Assembly (NCBI GenBank): GCA_964561815.1
Contig: CAZLQT010000002.1
Span: forward strand, 1 to 37,885
DNA length: 37,885 nucleotides
Source of the DNA: an uncultured Woeseia sp.
Lineage (GTDB): Bacteria > Pseudomonadota > Gammaproteobacteria > Steroidobacterales > UBA11654
Direction: 5' to 3'
Numbering within the stretch: the stretch's first letter is position 1; every line of letters begins with the position of its first letter. The notes beneath the pieces are model-generated. The model was not told the DNA's origin and ran no database searches. It worked only from the letters and a program-made list of their open reading frames with translations. Positions 22,474-31,243 of the stretch are shown piece after piece. The translations under genes were made by a program, and so were the position numbers.

Positions 22474-23028
22474 TTGAAACTTAACACAGCACAAAGCCTT
22501 TTTGCTCTTCTCTTTACTTTAACAGCAATGGATATAAGAGCATTGCCTGAAATGGTCATTGGTGAAGCATCTATGACTCCTGGAATTGACTTGATATTTG
22601 AAGGAGGCATTAAAGATGATGTTCAACCTGCAAAATATTATTTGGAAGAAAATGCAACTGATGTTCATCTAGAAGTACTGGCCAACTGGTCTGAAAATGC
22701 TCCAGCAGGATCTCCATTGGGAGGGCATGTTGCTTATCTTCAAGTAACAGCAGAAATTATTAATGAACGAACAAAAGAATCGTCGAATGTTGAATTAACG
22801 CCACACCTTAATATGTCAGATAATCTCCATTACGCACAGAATGTAAAATTACCAGGAAAAGTAAATCAAACTTACACCGTAATTTTTAATATTAGAGAAC
22901 CTAACTCTGGGAATATAGGGATGCATTTTGACTGGCGAAATCAAGTTGCAACAACTTTGACTCCTGGAGGCAGATTTGAGTTTAATAATCTTGATTTCGA
23001 AGTGATCGCGCTGTCAACAAGACGCTAA
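22474..23028 (+). CDS. periplasmic P19/FetP/Tp34-family iron (Fe2+/Cu) binding protein
   Basis: TTG start with AGGGAGA 5-6 nt upstream and a signal peptide. The blocks DVHLE, VAYLQVTAEIIN, MSDNLHYAQNVKLPG, YTVIFNI and GMHFD align with my memory of Campylobacter P19 (DVHLEADIHA, IPYLTISYTLVN, SDGPHYGANIKM, YKVTYHI, GMHRH). A Fur box lies upstream. Confidence 0.7.
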   Translation: MKLNTAQSLFALLFTLTAMDIRALPEMVIGEASMTPGIDLIFEGGIKDDVQPAKYYLEENATDVHLEVLANWSENAPAGSPLGGHVAYLQVTAEIINERTKESSNVELTPHLNMSDNLHYAQNVKLPGKVNQTYTVIFNIREPNSGNIGMHFDWRNQVATTLTPGGRFEFNNLDFEVIALSTRR

Positions 23029-23099
23029 TTCAACTTTAATCATCAGGATTAAGTGTTAAAGCCTCTAAAATAAGTTTAGAATTTATGGACTTATAAATT

Positions 23100-24815
23100 A
23101 TGTCCAAGAATCACCTTCAAAAACTAACTTCTCTTCTCATGGTTGCGCTAATCCTGTCTTGTGCAGAGGACTCGAAAAATAACACTGTGACTGAAAAATT
23201 AGCCTCAGTTGAGGAGCTTCAAGAACACAGTAAAGAATTCACACCTAAAATCTACTCTTATGATAATGGCATTCATATGGCAGTGGGTTACGGAATTGCT
23301 AACTCGATTATGGTTGAGGGTGAAAATGGAAACATCATTATTGATGCTTCCGATAGCACTTTCGAAGCAGAGCTTGTCTACAAGCAGTTCAAAAAAATAA
23401 ATTCCAATCCGATTAAAGCGATTATTTACACTCACAATCATGGAGATCATACCTTTGGGGCCGCCTATTATTACAATTTATTTAAGGACAAGCCTGATGT
23501 GATTGCTCACGAATCAACCGATTATTATGTTGAACGTATTATCGGAATCTTAAACCCAATCATTTCAAAGAGAAGTACCCGAATGTTTGGCACTGAGCTG
23601 CCTGGTGATGAGGTAATAAATGTTGGTATTGGTCCCTATCTCGGCGTTTCTCAAAGCCCTGTGGGTTATATCAAACCAACCATTACCTTCGAAAAAGAGC
23701 TCAAACTAAGTATTTCAGGGATAGATATTGAACTCTATCACGCGCCCGGTGAAACCAATGACCAATTATTTGTTTGGCTGCCGCAGAAGCAAGCTCTAAT
23801 GCCAGGTGATAACTTATATAAAACATTCCCAAACTTATACACGATAAGAGGAACAACTCACCGAGATGTTAAGGGATGGGTTCAAAGCTTGGATCATATG
23901 CGTTCATTTAAACCTGAGTATCTTTTTCCAAGTCACACTAGACCGTTGTCAGGGCCAGAGGTCATGGAGACACTCACTCTCTATAGGGACGCTATCCAAT
24001 ATGTTCATGATCAAACCATAAGATTAATGAACAAGGGTTTTTATCCTGATCAAATTATAGAAATGATTCAGCTCCCAGAAAGCGTTGCTAGCTCTCCATT
24101 TGTCAATGAATTCTACGGCACTGTCAGGTGGTCGGTTAAGAGTATCTTCAATGGTTATTTAGGATGGTTTAACGGCAATATTTCAGATTTGGATCCATTG
24201 TCTAGAAGAGAAGAAGCAGAACGATTCACAAAACTTGCTGGCGGAGAAACAGTGCTCTTCTCAGAGCTTGAAAAGGCAGTAGAGAGAGGTGATATGCAAT
24301 GGGCTTTACAGCTTAGTGATAGGTTAATTGCACTTAGTTATAAAAATAAGGAAACTAAAAAACTTAGGGCAGAAGCGGCTCGATCTATAGGTGAAAATTC
24401 GTCCAATCCCAATAAAAGAAACTATTTACTGAGCGCTGCCTATGAGCTGGACCCTGGCTATAAGGAGGGATCGCTTCTTCCTCAATCAGAAGAACTTTTA
24501 AGAGAAATCTCAATAGATATGTTCTTTGACATTCTAGCAGTGAGATTAAACCCAGAAAAAATGGAACCAGGTGAGTTTCGAGTCTGTTTCAGCTTTACCT
24601 CTGGAATCAAAAAATCGATAACGCTCAGAAACAGTGTTGCTGAAATATCATCTTTAAGCGTTGATTGTGATATTCAGGTTGAATCAGAAGATCAAGTGTT
24701 TAAAGAGATGCTAGCCGGTATTCGAAATCCAATCTTTACTGTTACCTCAGGGTCAGTGAATACCAATGGGAATGCAGCTTCATTCTTATCCTTTCTCAGT
24801 AAATTCTCAGATTAA
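23100..24815 (+). CDS. alkyl/aryl-sulfatase of the metallo-beta-lactamase family (SdsA1/Bds1-like), lipoprotein
   Basis: 571 aa with a lipobox (LILSC), the MBL motif YTHNHGDHTFG, a central alkyl-sulfatase dimerisation-type region (FNGYLGWFNGN) and a C-terminal SCP2-like tail. Confidence 0.8.
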   Translation: MSKNHLQKLTSLLMVALILSCAEDSKNNTVTEKLASVEELQEHSKEFTPKIYSYDNGIHMAVGYGIANSIMVEGENGNIIIDASDSTFEAELVYKQFKKINSNPIKAIIYTHNHGDHTFGAAYYYNLFKDKPDVIAHESTDYYVERIIGILNPIISKRSTRMFGTELPGDEVINVGIGPYLGVSQSPVGYIKPTITFEKELKLSISGIDIELYHAPGETNDQLFVWLPQKQALMPGDNLYKTFPNLYTIRGTTHRDVKGWVQSLDHMRSFKPEYLFPSHTRPLSGPEVMETLTLYRDAIQYVHDQTIRLMNKGFYPDQIIEMIQLPESVASSPFVNEFYGTVRWSVKSIFNGYLGWFNGNISDLDPLSRREEAERFTKLAGGETVLFSELEKAVERGDMQWALQLSDRLIALSYKNKETKKLRAEAARSIGENSSNPNKRNYLLSAAYELDPGYKEGSLLPQSEELLREISIDMFFDILAVRLNPEKMEPGEFRVCFSFTSGIKKSITLRNSVAEISSLSVDCDIQVESEDQVFKEMLAGIRNPIFTVTSGSVNTNGNAASFLSFLSKFSD

Positions 24816-24816
24816 T

Positions 24817-25266
24817 CTACCGTCGTTTCTGAAAAAAATCCTTGAGCAAAATTTGGCATTTCTTTTCTAGCACGCCTCCAAGTACTTCGAATTTATGATT
24901 CAAGTTCGATGAATCCGAAAAGTCATAAATCGTCCCAGCAGCTCCTGATCTATGATCGAAGGCGCCAAATATCAGATGTTTTATTCTTGCGTGGATTAAA
25001 GCGCCCATGCACATAATGCAGGGCTCTAGAGTGACATAGAGCGAACCTCCGAGCCTATAGTTGCCTTTTATTTCAGCAGCTTTTCTAAGCGCTAAGATCT
25101 CTGCGTGAGCTGTTGGGTCATCTAACCCTATTGGTTGATTACCTGAAGCTGAAATGACTTCTCCGTTATCAACAAAGACGGCACCGACAGGAACCTCTCC
25201 ACTGATTTGAGCTTCTTTAGCTTGTTCTAGAGCAAGCTCCATAAAATGTTCATGCGTAGGTCTCAA
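24817..25266 (-). CDS. tadA: tRNA adenosine(34) deaminase
   Basis: 149 aa with HAEILALRKA and PCIMCMGALIHARIKHLIFG (CDA zinc motifs). The length is typical of TadA. Confidence 0.9.
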   Translation of the reverse strand: MRPTHEHFMELALEQAKEAQISGEVPVGAVFVDNGEVISASGNQPIGLDDPTAHAEILALRKAAEIKGNYRLGGSLYVTLEPCIMCMGALIHARIKHLIFGAFDHRSGAAGTIYDFSDSSNLNHKFEVLGGVLEKKCQILLKDFFQKRR

Positions 25267-25267
25267 T

Positions 25268-26323
25268 TTAATTGATCTTTGAAATAATTATTGCGTTACT
25301 GTCTATAGGCAAACTGACCGTAGTTCCATCTTTTGAAATTGTCCATTCTTGACGAATATCGTTTACACCTCTAAGAAATATTCGACTGGCTATTGCATTT
25401 ATTGGCGCAGGCACGAGATGGTAGAACACTAAGTGATCGACCTTGGCTAAATTGGCTATTTTTGCAGCTTCCTCAGGGGTGGTGTGATAACTGAGAATGT
25501 CTTTGAAAATCTTAGCTCTAAGAGGCATCCCTAACCTATTAGACATGTCTTCCAAAATCTTTAAGATATGGTTTGCCTGTGCTTCGTGAAATAAGACATC
25601 AGCCTCATTTGCTGCTTTGATAATATTCTCGTTGTATTTGGTATCTCCACTGATTACGATTGACCTTCCCTTATAATCAAACCGATAACCCAGGGCTGGT
25701 TCGACCGGTTCATGTGAAACTTCAAAAGCAGTAACTTTTAAATCTCCTTCATTTATGATCACTGGATTGGATAAATCAATGGGATGAGGATCAAAGCCAG
25801 CAACATCTAATGGTGCTAATTCATCACCGTGATGCTCGTTTCTGAATTGATAATCCGCTTTAAAAGCTTCTTCAAAACCCTTGGTCACACTCTCAACGCC
25901 TTTGGGTCCATAAACATCTAATTTTTTAGTTCTCGATTGAGCAACCCATGTGTGCTGATGTAAATCGTTGAGATCAGAAATATGATCTGAATGAAGGTGT
26001 GTAAGCAAAACTCTTACGTTCTTAATAGGAATTCGCCAGTTTCTTAAATTGGCAACACTTCCATCACCGCTATCAACAACAAAATAGTTCTCGCCAGCTT
26101 TTATCAGGATGCATGCCTCGGCTCTTCCTGGAGTTGGAAATGGAGAACGAGAACCACAAACAACTGCAGTTAATGAATCTTCAGGCAGAATTGTGGGATT
26201 GTTTATTGCATTTTGAGCTAGACCTTCGATAAGTCTATCTTGAACTTGAGGTACTCTGATCAAGATTGAAATAGTGATTAAAACTGCAATTACTGAAATG
26301 GCTATATACTTGGCTAATTTCAT
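25268..26323 (-). CDS. membrane-anchored MBL-fold metallo-hydrolase (RNase Z / Lactamase_B_2-like)
   Basis: 351 aa with an N-terminal transmembrane anchor (IAISVIAVLITISILI), HLHSDHISD, and later His/Asp ligand contexts (SHEPVE, FHEAQ, FYHL). Confidence 0.7.
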   Translation of the reverse strand: MKLAKYIAISVIAVLITISILIRVPQVQDRLIEGLAQNAINNPTILPEDSLTAVVCGSRSPFPTPGRAEACILIKAGENYFVVDSGDGSVANLRNWRIPIKNVRVLLTHLHSDHISDLNDLHQHTWVAQSRTKKLDVYGPKGVESVTKGFEEAFKADYQFRNEHHGDELAPLDVAGFDPHPIDLSNPVIINEGDLKVTAFEVSHEPVEPALGYRFDYKGRSIVISGDTKYNENIIKAANEADVLFHEAQANHILKILEDMSNRLGMPLRAKIFKDILSYHTTPEEAAKIANLAKVDHLVFYHLVPAPINAIASRIFLRGVNDIRQEWTISKDGTTVSLPIDSNAIIISKIN

Positions 26324-26730
26324 TGGTGCGGCTTAGTTTCTATGTTTAATTGACCTGCTAATCCTGCGCTTCGATGCTCTTCACTTTTACGATAATCCTT
26401 ATCCATGATCATGGATCGCATGGCTTTCCTGCTTGGGTATTCCGCAATCGCAATCCAATCCCAGAGCTCTTCTACCTCCCCGAGCATTAATCGACTCACT
26501 TGCCCACTAAAAATAAGTTTTCCACCGACTTTCTGAAGATGTCCTTGAACTTCTTTGGCGTATATCTGATAGGCCTCTTGTCCAGTTAAATCCGTTTGTC
26601 TTCCATCTTTGTACTCGGCTTTGTCCTTAAACTTTAATAAATTAACCATGTGGATGGCGGTTTTTGTATCGCCAAGAAGAAATCCAGCCATCTGTTTGGC
26701 ATTGGGTCTTAATTTGTTTTCAACTTTCAT
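26320..26730 (-). CDS. DUF1330 domain protein (dimeric alpha/beta-barrel-like)
   Basis: 136 aa. The pattern HMVNLLKFKDKAEY...YAKEVQGHLQKVGGKLIFSG...WDWIAIAEYPSRKA is typical of DUF1330. It overlaps the next gene by 4 nt (ATGA). Confidence 0.65.
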   Translation of the reverse strand: MKVENKLRPNAKQMAGFLLGDTKTAIHMVNLLKFKDKAEYKDGRQTDLTGQEAYQIYAKEVQGHLQKVGGKLIFSGQVSRLMLGEVEELWDWIAIAEYPSRKAMRSMIMDKDYRKSEEHRSAGLAGQLNIETKPHQ

Positions 26731-26744
26731 AAACTCCTTCCTTA

Positions 26745-27815
26745 TTAAGTTGATGTAATAAAACTAGAGATAATTGATGAAATCTCTTCGGGCTTTTCTT
26801 CTTGAATAAAATGACCACCTCGCTCCACAGAGGTGTGAGGCTGACCTTGGGCACCTGGAACTACTTTTAGAAACTGACGATCAGCTCCTCGGGTCACAGG
26901 ATCATTATCAGAAAAAGCGCAGAGAAAAGGTTTCTCGAAAGATTCATAAAACTCCCATGCTTTTTTTTGCGCTTCTAACGAAGGATCATCTGGCATAGTT
27001 GGAACCTGACTCGGCATGGCTCTGGGTCCCATTTTATAGGATTTATCAGGGAACGGGGCTGCATAAGCTCTACCTAGCTCAGTTTGGAAAGGAGAAATAT
27101 TTTTGAGACCTAGATTGATAAATAATAGATCCAGCATGGTTATTAAATTGCTTCTCTTTCGCTCCAACATAGAAGACATCATGAACCCTATAGGGATATC
27201 TTCAGTTTCCCAGCAATATTTTTGCCAATAGGCAAAGCTGATTCCCTCGTCTTTGTCAGTAGTCCTTAATTTCTTTGCCATCTCAGGTAAGGTTGGTGTC
27301 TTTGCATTGTCTCTGAAGTCTTTAACTTTTTGCACAATCTCTTGTGGAACATCTGGTCTGTAAGGGAGCCCGGTGTTAGAGATAATGACACGCTCAAACC
27401 TCTCTGGGTGATCGGCAATTACTCTTAACCCAATCAAGCCTCCCCAATCCTGTCCAAAGAAATTCAAATCCTTTAAATCATTGGCTTCCAACCACTGACC
27501 GAGCCAATCAACCTGCCTTTGATACGAATAATCTTCTCTGGCAGCAGGCTTGTCTGATTTGCCATAACCGGGTAAGTCAGGAGCTATAACCCTTATGCCC
27601 TCTTGATTGAGTAGTGGAATCATTTTTCTATAGAGATAACTCCAAACTGGTTGGCCGTGCAAGCATAGAAGTAGCGGTCCATCTTCTGGGCCTTCATCAA
27701 TATGATGAATTCTCAAATCAGTGTTGTCATGAGTCTTTATAGTCGTGTAACAAGGCTCATAAGGATAGTCCTTGAGATTGGTAAAAAATTTATCTGGGGT
27801 TCTAAGTATTTCCAT
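26745..27815 (-). CDS. haloalkane dehalogenase, DhlA-like (HLD-I alpha/beta hydrolase)
   Basis: 356 aa. LHGQPVWSYLYRKMIP compares with DhlA LHGEPTWSYLYRKMIP. The nucleophile elbow is QDWGG, the cap Trp context is FAYWQKY, AAPFPDKSYKMG is present, and the catalytic His context is GGHFIQEE. Confidence 0.8.
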   Translation of the reverse strand: MEILRTPDKFFTNLKDYPYEPCYTTIKTHDNTDLRIHHIDEGPEDGPLLLCLHGQPVWSYLYRKMIPLLNQEGIRVIAPDLPGYGKSDKPAAREDYSYQRQVDWLGQWLEANDLKDLNFFGQDWGGLIGLRVIADHPERFERVIISNTGLPYRPDVPQEIVQKVKDFRDNAKTPTLPEMAKKLRTTDKDEGISFAYWQKYCWETEDIPIGFMMSSMLERKRSNLITMLDLLFINLGLKNISPFQTELGRAYAAPFPDKSYKMGPRAMPSQVPTMPDDPSLEAQKKAWEFYESFEKPFLCAFSDNDPVTRGADRQFLKVVPGAQGQPHTSVERGGHFIQEEKPEEISSIISSFITST

Positions 27816-27826
27816 AATTTTTCCTT

Positions 27827-29299
27827 TTAGTCTTCAAAGTATTTTAACCAATTTTCATCAACTAACTTATTTGTTTCTGGGCTCATCTCTTCTAGCATGA
27901 CTTTTGAAATATCTGGCCAAATAGGAGGGCCACCTTCATCTTTATACTGGCGAGTGGCATCTATAATAATCTTACTGGTGCTAAACCGTTCTGCAGCACT
28001 TGCATCCAAAGGCATACCTCTCATTTTTTCTATTATTTCAGCGGCTGGATAAGGTTGCCAGCGTGTGCCTAAGGCTTGGAAGATTTCACCTTTGTCATAC
28101 ACATCAACATCTTCATCAACAACAATGATTACTTTGGCAAAAAAGTCTTTCTCGGCTAGAATCTTTCCAGCCTCCATGCCTTGTCCTGACTTATCTTTTT
28201 TGATGCTGGCAGTTAAAACACCTGTGCTCTCTGCGGGTCGATAGACATCCGCTAAATGAGGAATAAAGGTCTTGTAATTTATAAAATTACCGACTGTTTG
28301 AAGGATGCTTGGAGATATTTTTGTAACTCCTGCAAAAGAATTTACAACCCAAGGATCATCTCTGTAGGTAATGGCTTTTACGTTCATGAAGAAATTCTCA
28401 TTTTTTTTCAACCCCATAAATCCATACATTTCTCCGTAAGGGCCCTCCTCCTCCATCTTATCGAGAGGAATTTCACCTTCCAGGACAATCTCTGAGTGAG
28501 CAGGAACTAGAATATTACTGGTCTCACATTGAACCATCTCCACTGGCTTACCCCTTATTCCACCGGCATAATCTAGCTCATCTTCTCCCAATTTAGCGAC
28601 CTTTGATGCGCCCAAAGTAAACGTAATGGGATCGACCCCGTTGGCGATAGCAACTGCTGCAGTTTTTTCTCCTCTCTCTCTCATTTTGCTTAAAAAACTC
28701 CAAGCGTTTTGTCTAATCTCAGCATTGAAACCAATTTTATTTTTAGCCTTAACCTGGCATCGATAGGTGGCAACATTTCTTCCCAGTTCTTTATCTTCAA
28801 TAAAGATAGTGGCTGCATTGATATATCTGCCAGCGTCAGCTGGGTTTGTCTGTAACCAAGGAAATTTCAAGATATCAACATCCTTATCTAGGACGATGTT
28901 CTCTTTGCAAGGCGCATGTTCTTTATCAACAGTGACAGGGTTTATTTTAGGCCATCCGTTATTCTCTAAATTTAAACTTTTTAGATGATTGAAGGTTTTT
29001 TTTCTAGAGACTGACTGGGAGGCTCCTAAATCATCAACACCGTAAATCAATGCTTCCGCATCCCAACCGCCGAAAAGATTGCCTATGATTGGACCATTCA
29101 GCCATTGATTGTTTATCTTTATTTTCTCAATAAGAAAAGCTGGAGCTAAATCGTATCCATACTCTTTGACCAACCTGTATGCAAAACCTGTCGCTTCATA
29201 TTTATCTTGGTCCATTTGTTTAATTCTGATGAGTCGATCGTTAGACTCCAAGGCATGGATATAGTCTCTCAATGAGTCAAAAGGTCCAGTCGTCATCAA
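27827..29299 (-). CDS. UbiD-family (prFMN-dependent) decarboxylase
   Basis: 490 aa with YRCQV, VAIANGVDP, LVPAHSEIVLEGEI and EGPYGEMYGF blocks characteristic of UbiD/Fdc1. Confidence 0.8.
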   Translation of the reverse strand: MMTTGPFDSLRDYIHALESNDRLIRIKQMDQDKYEATGFAYRLVKEYGYDLAPAFLIEKIKINNQWLNGPIIGNLFGGWDAEALIYGVDDLGASQSVSRKKTFNHLKSLNLENNGWPKINPVTVDKEHAPCKENIVLDKDVDILKFPWLQTNPADAGRYINAATIFIEDKELGRNVATYRCQVKAKNKIGFNAEIRQNAWSFLSKMRERGEKTAAVAIANGVDPITFTLGASKVAKLGEDELDYAGGIRGKPVEMVQCETSNILVPAHSEIVLEGEIPLDKMEEEGPYGEMYGFMGLKKNENFFMNVKAITYRDDPWVVNSFAGVTKISPSILQTVGNFINYKTFIPHLADVYRPAESTGVLTASIKKDKSGQGMEAGKILAEKDFFAKVIIVVDEDVDVYDKGEIFQALGTRWQPYPAAEIIEKMRGMPLDASAAERFSTSKIIIDATRQYKDEGGPPIWPDISKVMLEEMSPETNKLVDENWLKYFED

Positions 29300-29305
29300 T
29301 GAAAC

Positions 29306-30595
29306 CTATTTGTATACCTTGCCTTCCTTCATAACCAAAACAATGTCTTTGAGTGTTGAGATATCAGCTAGGGGATCTCCTTCGACGGCAATAATATCAG
29401 CTATTTTTCCTGCTTCTATTGATCCAAGTTTGTCTTCAATTTTTAATAACTTTGCGGTTTCCATAGTGGCCGATTGAATCGCTTCCATCTCAGGCATCCC
29501 GTTCTTAACCATGAAGACAAATTCTTCCCAATTTGTTCCATGCGGTTGAACACCAGCATCTGTTCCAAAAGCTATCTTGACCCCTTTTTTGTAGGCTTTG
29601 GAAAAGGTGTCACCAATTTGTGGGCCAACACTAGCTGCTTTGGGTCTAATAATCTCAGGAAAATAATTATCAATCTTAGCTTTAGCAGCAACAAACTCTC
29701 CTGCGGAGATTGTTGGAACATAGTAAGTTCCATTCTTAATCATAAGCTCCATGGCCTCTTCATCCATGAAAGTTCCATGTTCAATAGAATCAACTCCAGC
29801 CCGAATTGCACGTTTCATTCCTTCTGCACCATGAGCATGAACCGCCACCCACAGCCCGTAGTCTTTGGCCGCTGTTACAACAGCGTTGACCTCTTCTTGA
29901 GTAAACTGTGGATTATCGCCCGATTTTGCTGGGCTCAAAACACCACCAGTTACTGTAATTTTTATGCCGTCAGCGCCATCTTTGTATCTCTGCCTTACAG
30001 CTGTATAAACTTCGTATGGGCCATTAACCACTCCATCTTCTGGTAGTGGAAAGTGGTAATCATCCACAGCTTTACCATTGGTGGGATCAGCGTGGCCTCC
30101 AGTGGTGGCTATACTTTTCCCGGATGTGTAAATTCTTGGGCCAACAACTTTACCTTGATTAATGGCATCTCTAAGACTGATAGCAACCATGCCACTATCT
30201 CCGACCTGCCTAACGGTAGTAAACCCAGAATGGAAAGTAATCCGAGCATGCTCGGAAGCCAGTATGGCCTCCATTTCCTTTTCAACTTTGATGGGTCGTT
30301 CTGCTTTCGATTGATACTCACCCCCAAAATGAACATGCATATCCATCAGTCCAGGGAGTACAGTCTGGTTCTTAAGATTTAGATAAGTGTCACTGTCTTC
30401 AGGATCTTTATAGCCTTTGATTACATCAGTTATAAGATTGTCATTTATAACAATGGTCATTTTTGACTGAACAGTATCTTTCTGGCCATCAATCAACTTT
30501 CCAGCGTGTATAACTGTCTCGGCGTAATTGGTGTTAGACACTAATACGAAGATAGAGCTTAATCCTATTAGAATTGGCTTTTTAATTGAAAACAT
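29306..30595 (-). CDS. secreted metal-dependent amidohydrolase (COG1228-like)
   Basis: 429 aa with a signal peptide. It has LPGLMDMHVHF (HxH), HAHG, IEHG and GTDAG metal-ligand blocks. Confidence 0.8.
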   Translation of the reverse strand: MFSIKKPILIGLSSIFVLVSNTNYAETVIHAGKLIDGQKDTVQSKMTIVINDNLITDVIKGYKDPEDSDTYLNLKNQTVLPGLMDMHVHFGGEYQSKAERPIKVEKEMEAILASEHARITFHSGFTTVRQVGDSGMVAISLRDAINQGKVVGPRIYTSGKSIATTGGHADPTNGKAVDDYHFPLPEDGVVNGPYEVYTAVRQRYKDGADGIKITVTGGVLSPAKSGDNPQFTQEEVNAVVTAAKDYGLWVAVHAHGAEGMKRAIRAGVDSIEHGTFMDEEAMELMIKNGTYYVPTISAGEFVAAKAKIDNYFPEIIRPKAASVGPQIGDTFSKAYKKGVKIAFGTDAGVQPHGTNWEEFVFMVKNGMPEMEAIQSATMETAKLLKIEDKLGSIEAGKIADIIAVEGDPLADISTLKDIVLVMKEGKVYK

Positions 30596-30624
30596 TGAAT
30601 TACCCCTATTAAATTTTAATGAAC

Positions 30625-31218
30625 TTATTTAAGAGGTTCTGTCACCTCAAGTGGAACCATTACGTGGACAAAATCATTTCCTTCCCACATCACATATGGT
30701 CCACCAGCATATGGATCTCTTGGAAGTCCATCCATCATACTGGCAGGAAGCAATAGCATTAAATGAGGACGTTCAGCCACCCAAACACCTTTGCTTTTAT
30801 CCTGATTAAACGGTTCATCATTATCTACTGCAATATCGCCAACTAGCATGTATGAAACCCCAAAAGAAGCCGATTCTGAATCATATTCATATGCTTGTCC
30901 ATTGACAGCTTTCATGTATTCTTGCAACCAATTTTGCCATGCTGGATCGACACACATCGGGTTAACATTCTCGTTTGGCGGGGTACCAGGCATGCATACC
31001 CATCCATTGTTACCCGCTTTTAAAATAGAACCATCAGAACCCATAATTGTAGCATTGCCACTAACATTTGCTGGAGCAGCAGACATTGCAATCTCCATAA
31101 TTTCTTCAGTGGTGTAATGCTTATGATCTGAATCGTCATGTGAATGTGAATGAGAACCAGCAAAAACTGGTGAACTCTGTATTAGAATTAAGGCTAAAAA
31201 GCCCTGCATTATTTTCAT
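30625..31218 (-). CDS. secreted protein of unknown function with a His-rich N-terminus
   Basis: 197 aa. The signal peptide ends at ...SSPVFA, followed by GSHSHSHDDSDHKH. It has two Cys (WVCMPG, PMCVDP) and conserved-looking blocks HLMLLLP and GGPYVMWEGNDFVHVMVP. AGGAGA lies upstream of the ATG. I recognise recurrent proteobacterial homologues but no named family. Confidence 0.6.
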   Translation of the reverse strand: MKIMQGFLALILIQSSPVFAGSHSHSHDDSDHKHYTTEEIMEIAMSAAPANVSGNATIMGSDGSILKAGNNGWVCMPGTPPNENVNPMCVDPAWQNWLQEYMKAVNGQAYEYDSESASFGVSYMLVGDIAVDNDEPFNQDKSKGVWVAERPHLMLLLPASMMDGLPRDPYAGGPYVMWEGNDFVHVMVPLEVTEPLK

Positions 31219-31243
31219 TTCTATCTCCTAATTTTTTTTATTT

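Noticed and set aside
29474-30382. 190-aa and 109-aa ORFs antisense to the amidohydrolase gene.
   Set aside because: The translations are Cys/Ser/Asn/Phe-rich with no recognisable motifs or SD. The sense strand carries complete amidohydrolase metal-ligand motifs. These are treated as shadow ORFs, and the composition anomaly is reported separately.
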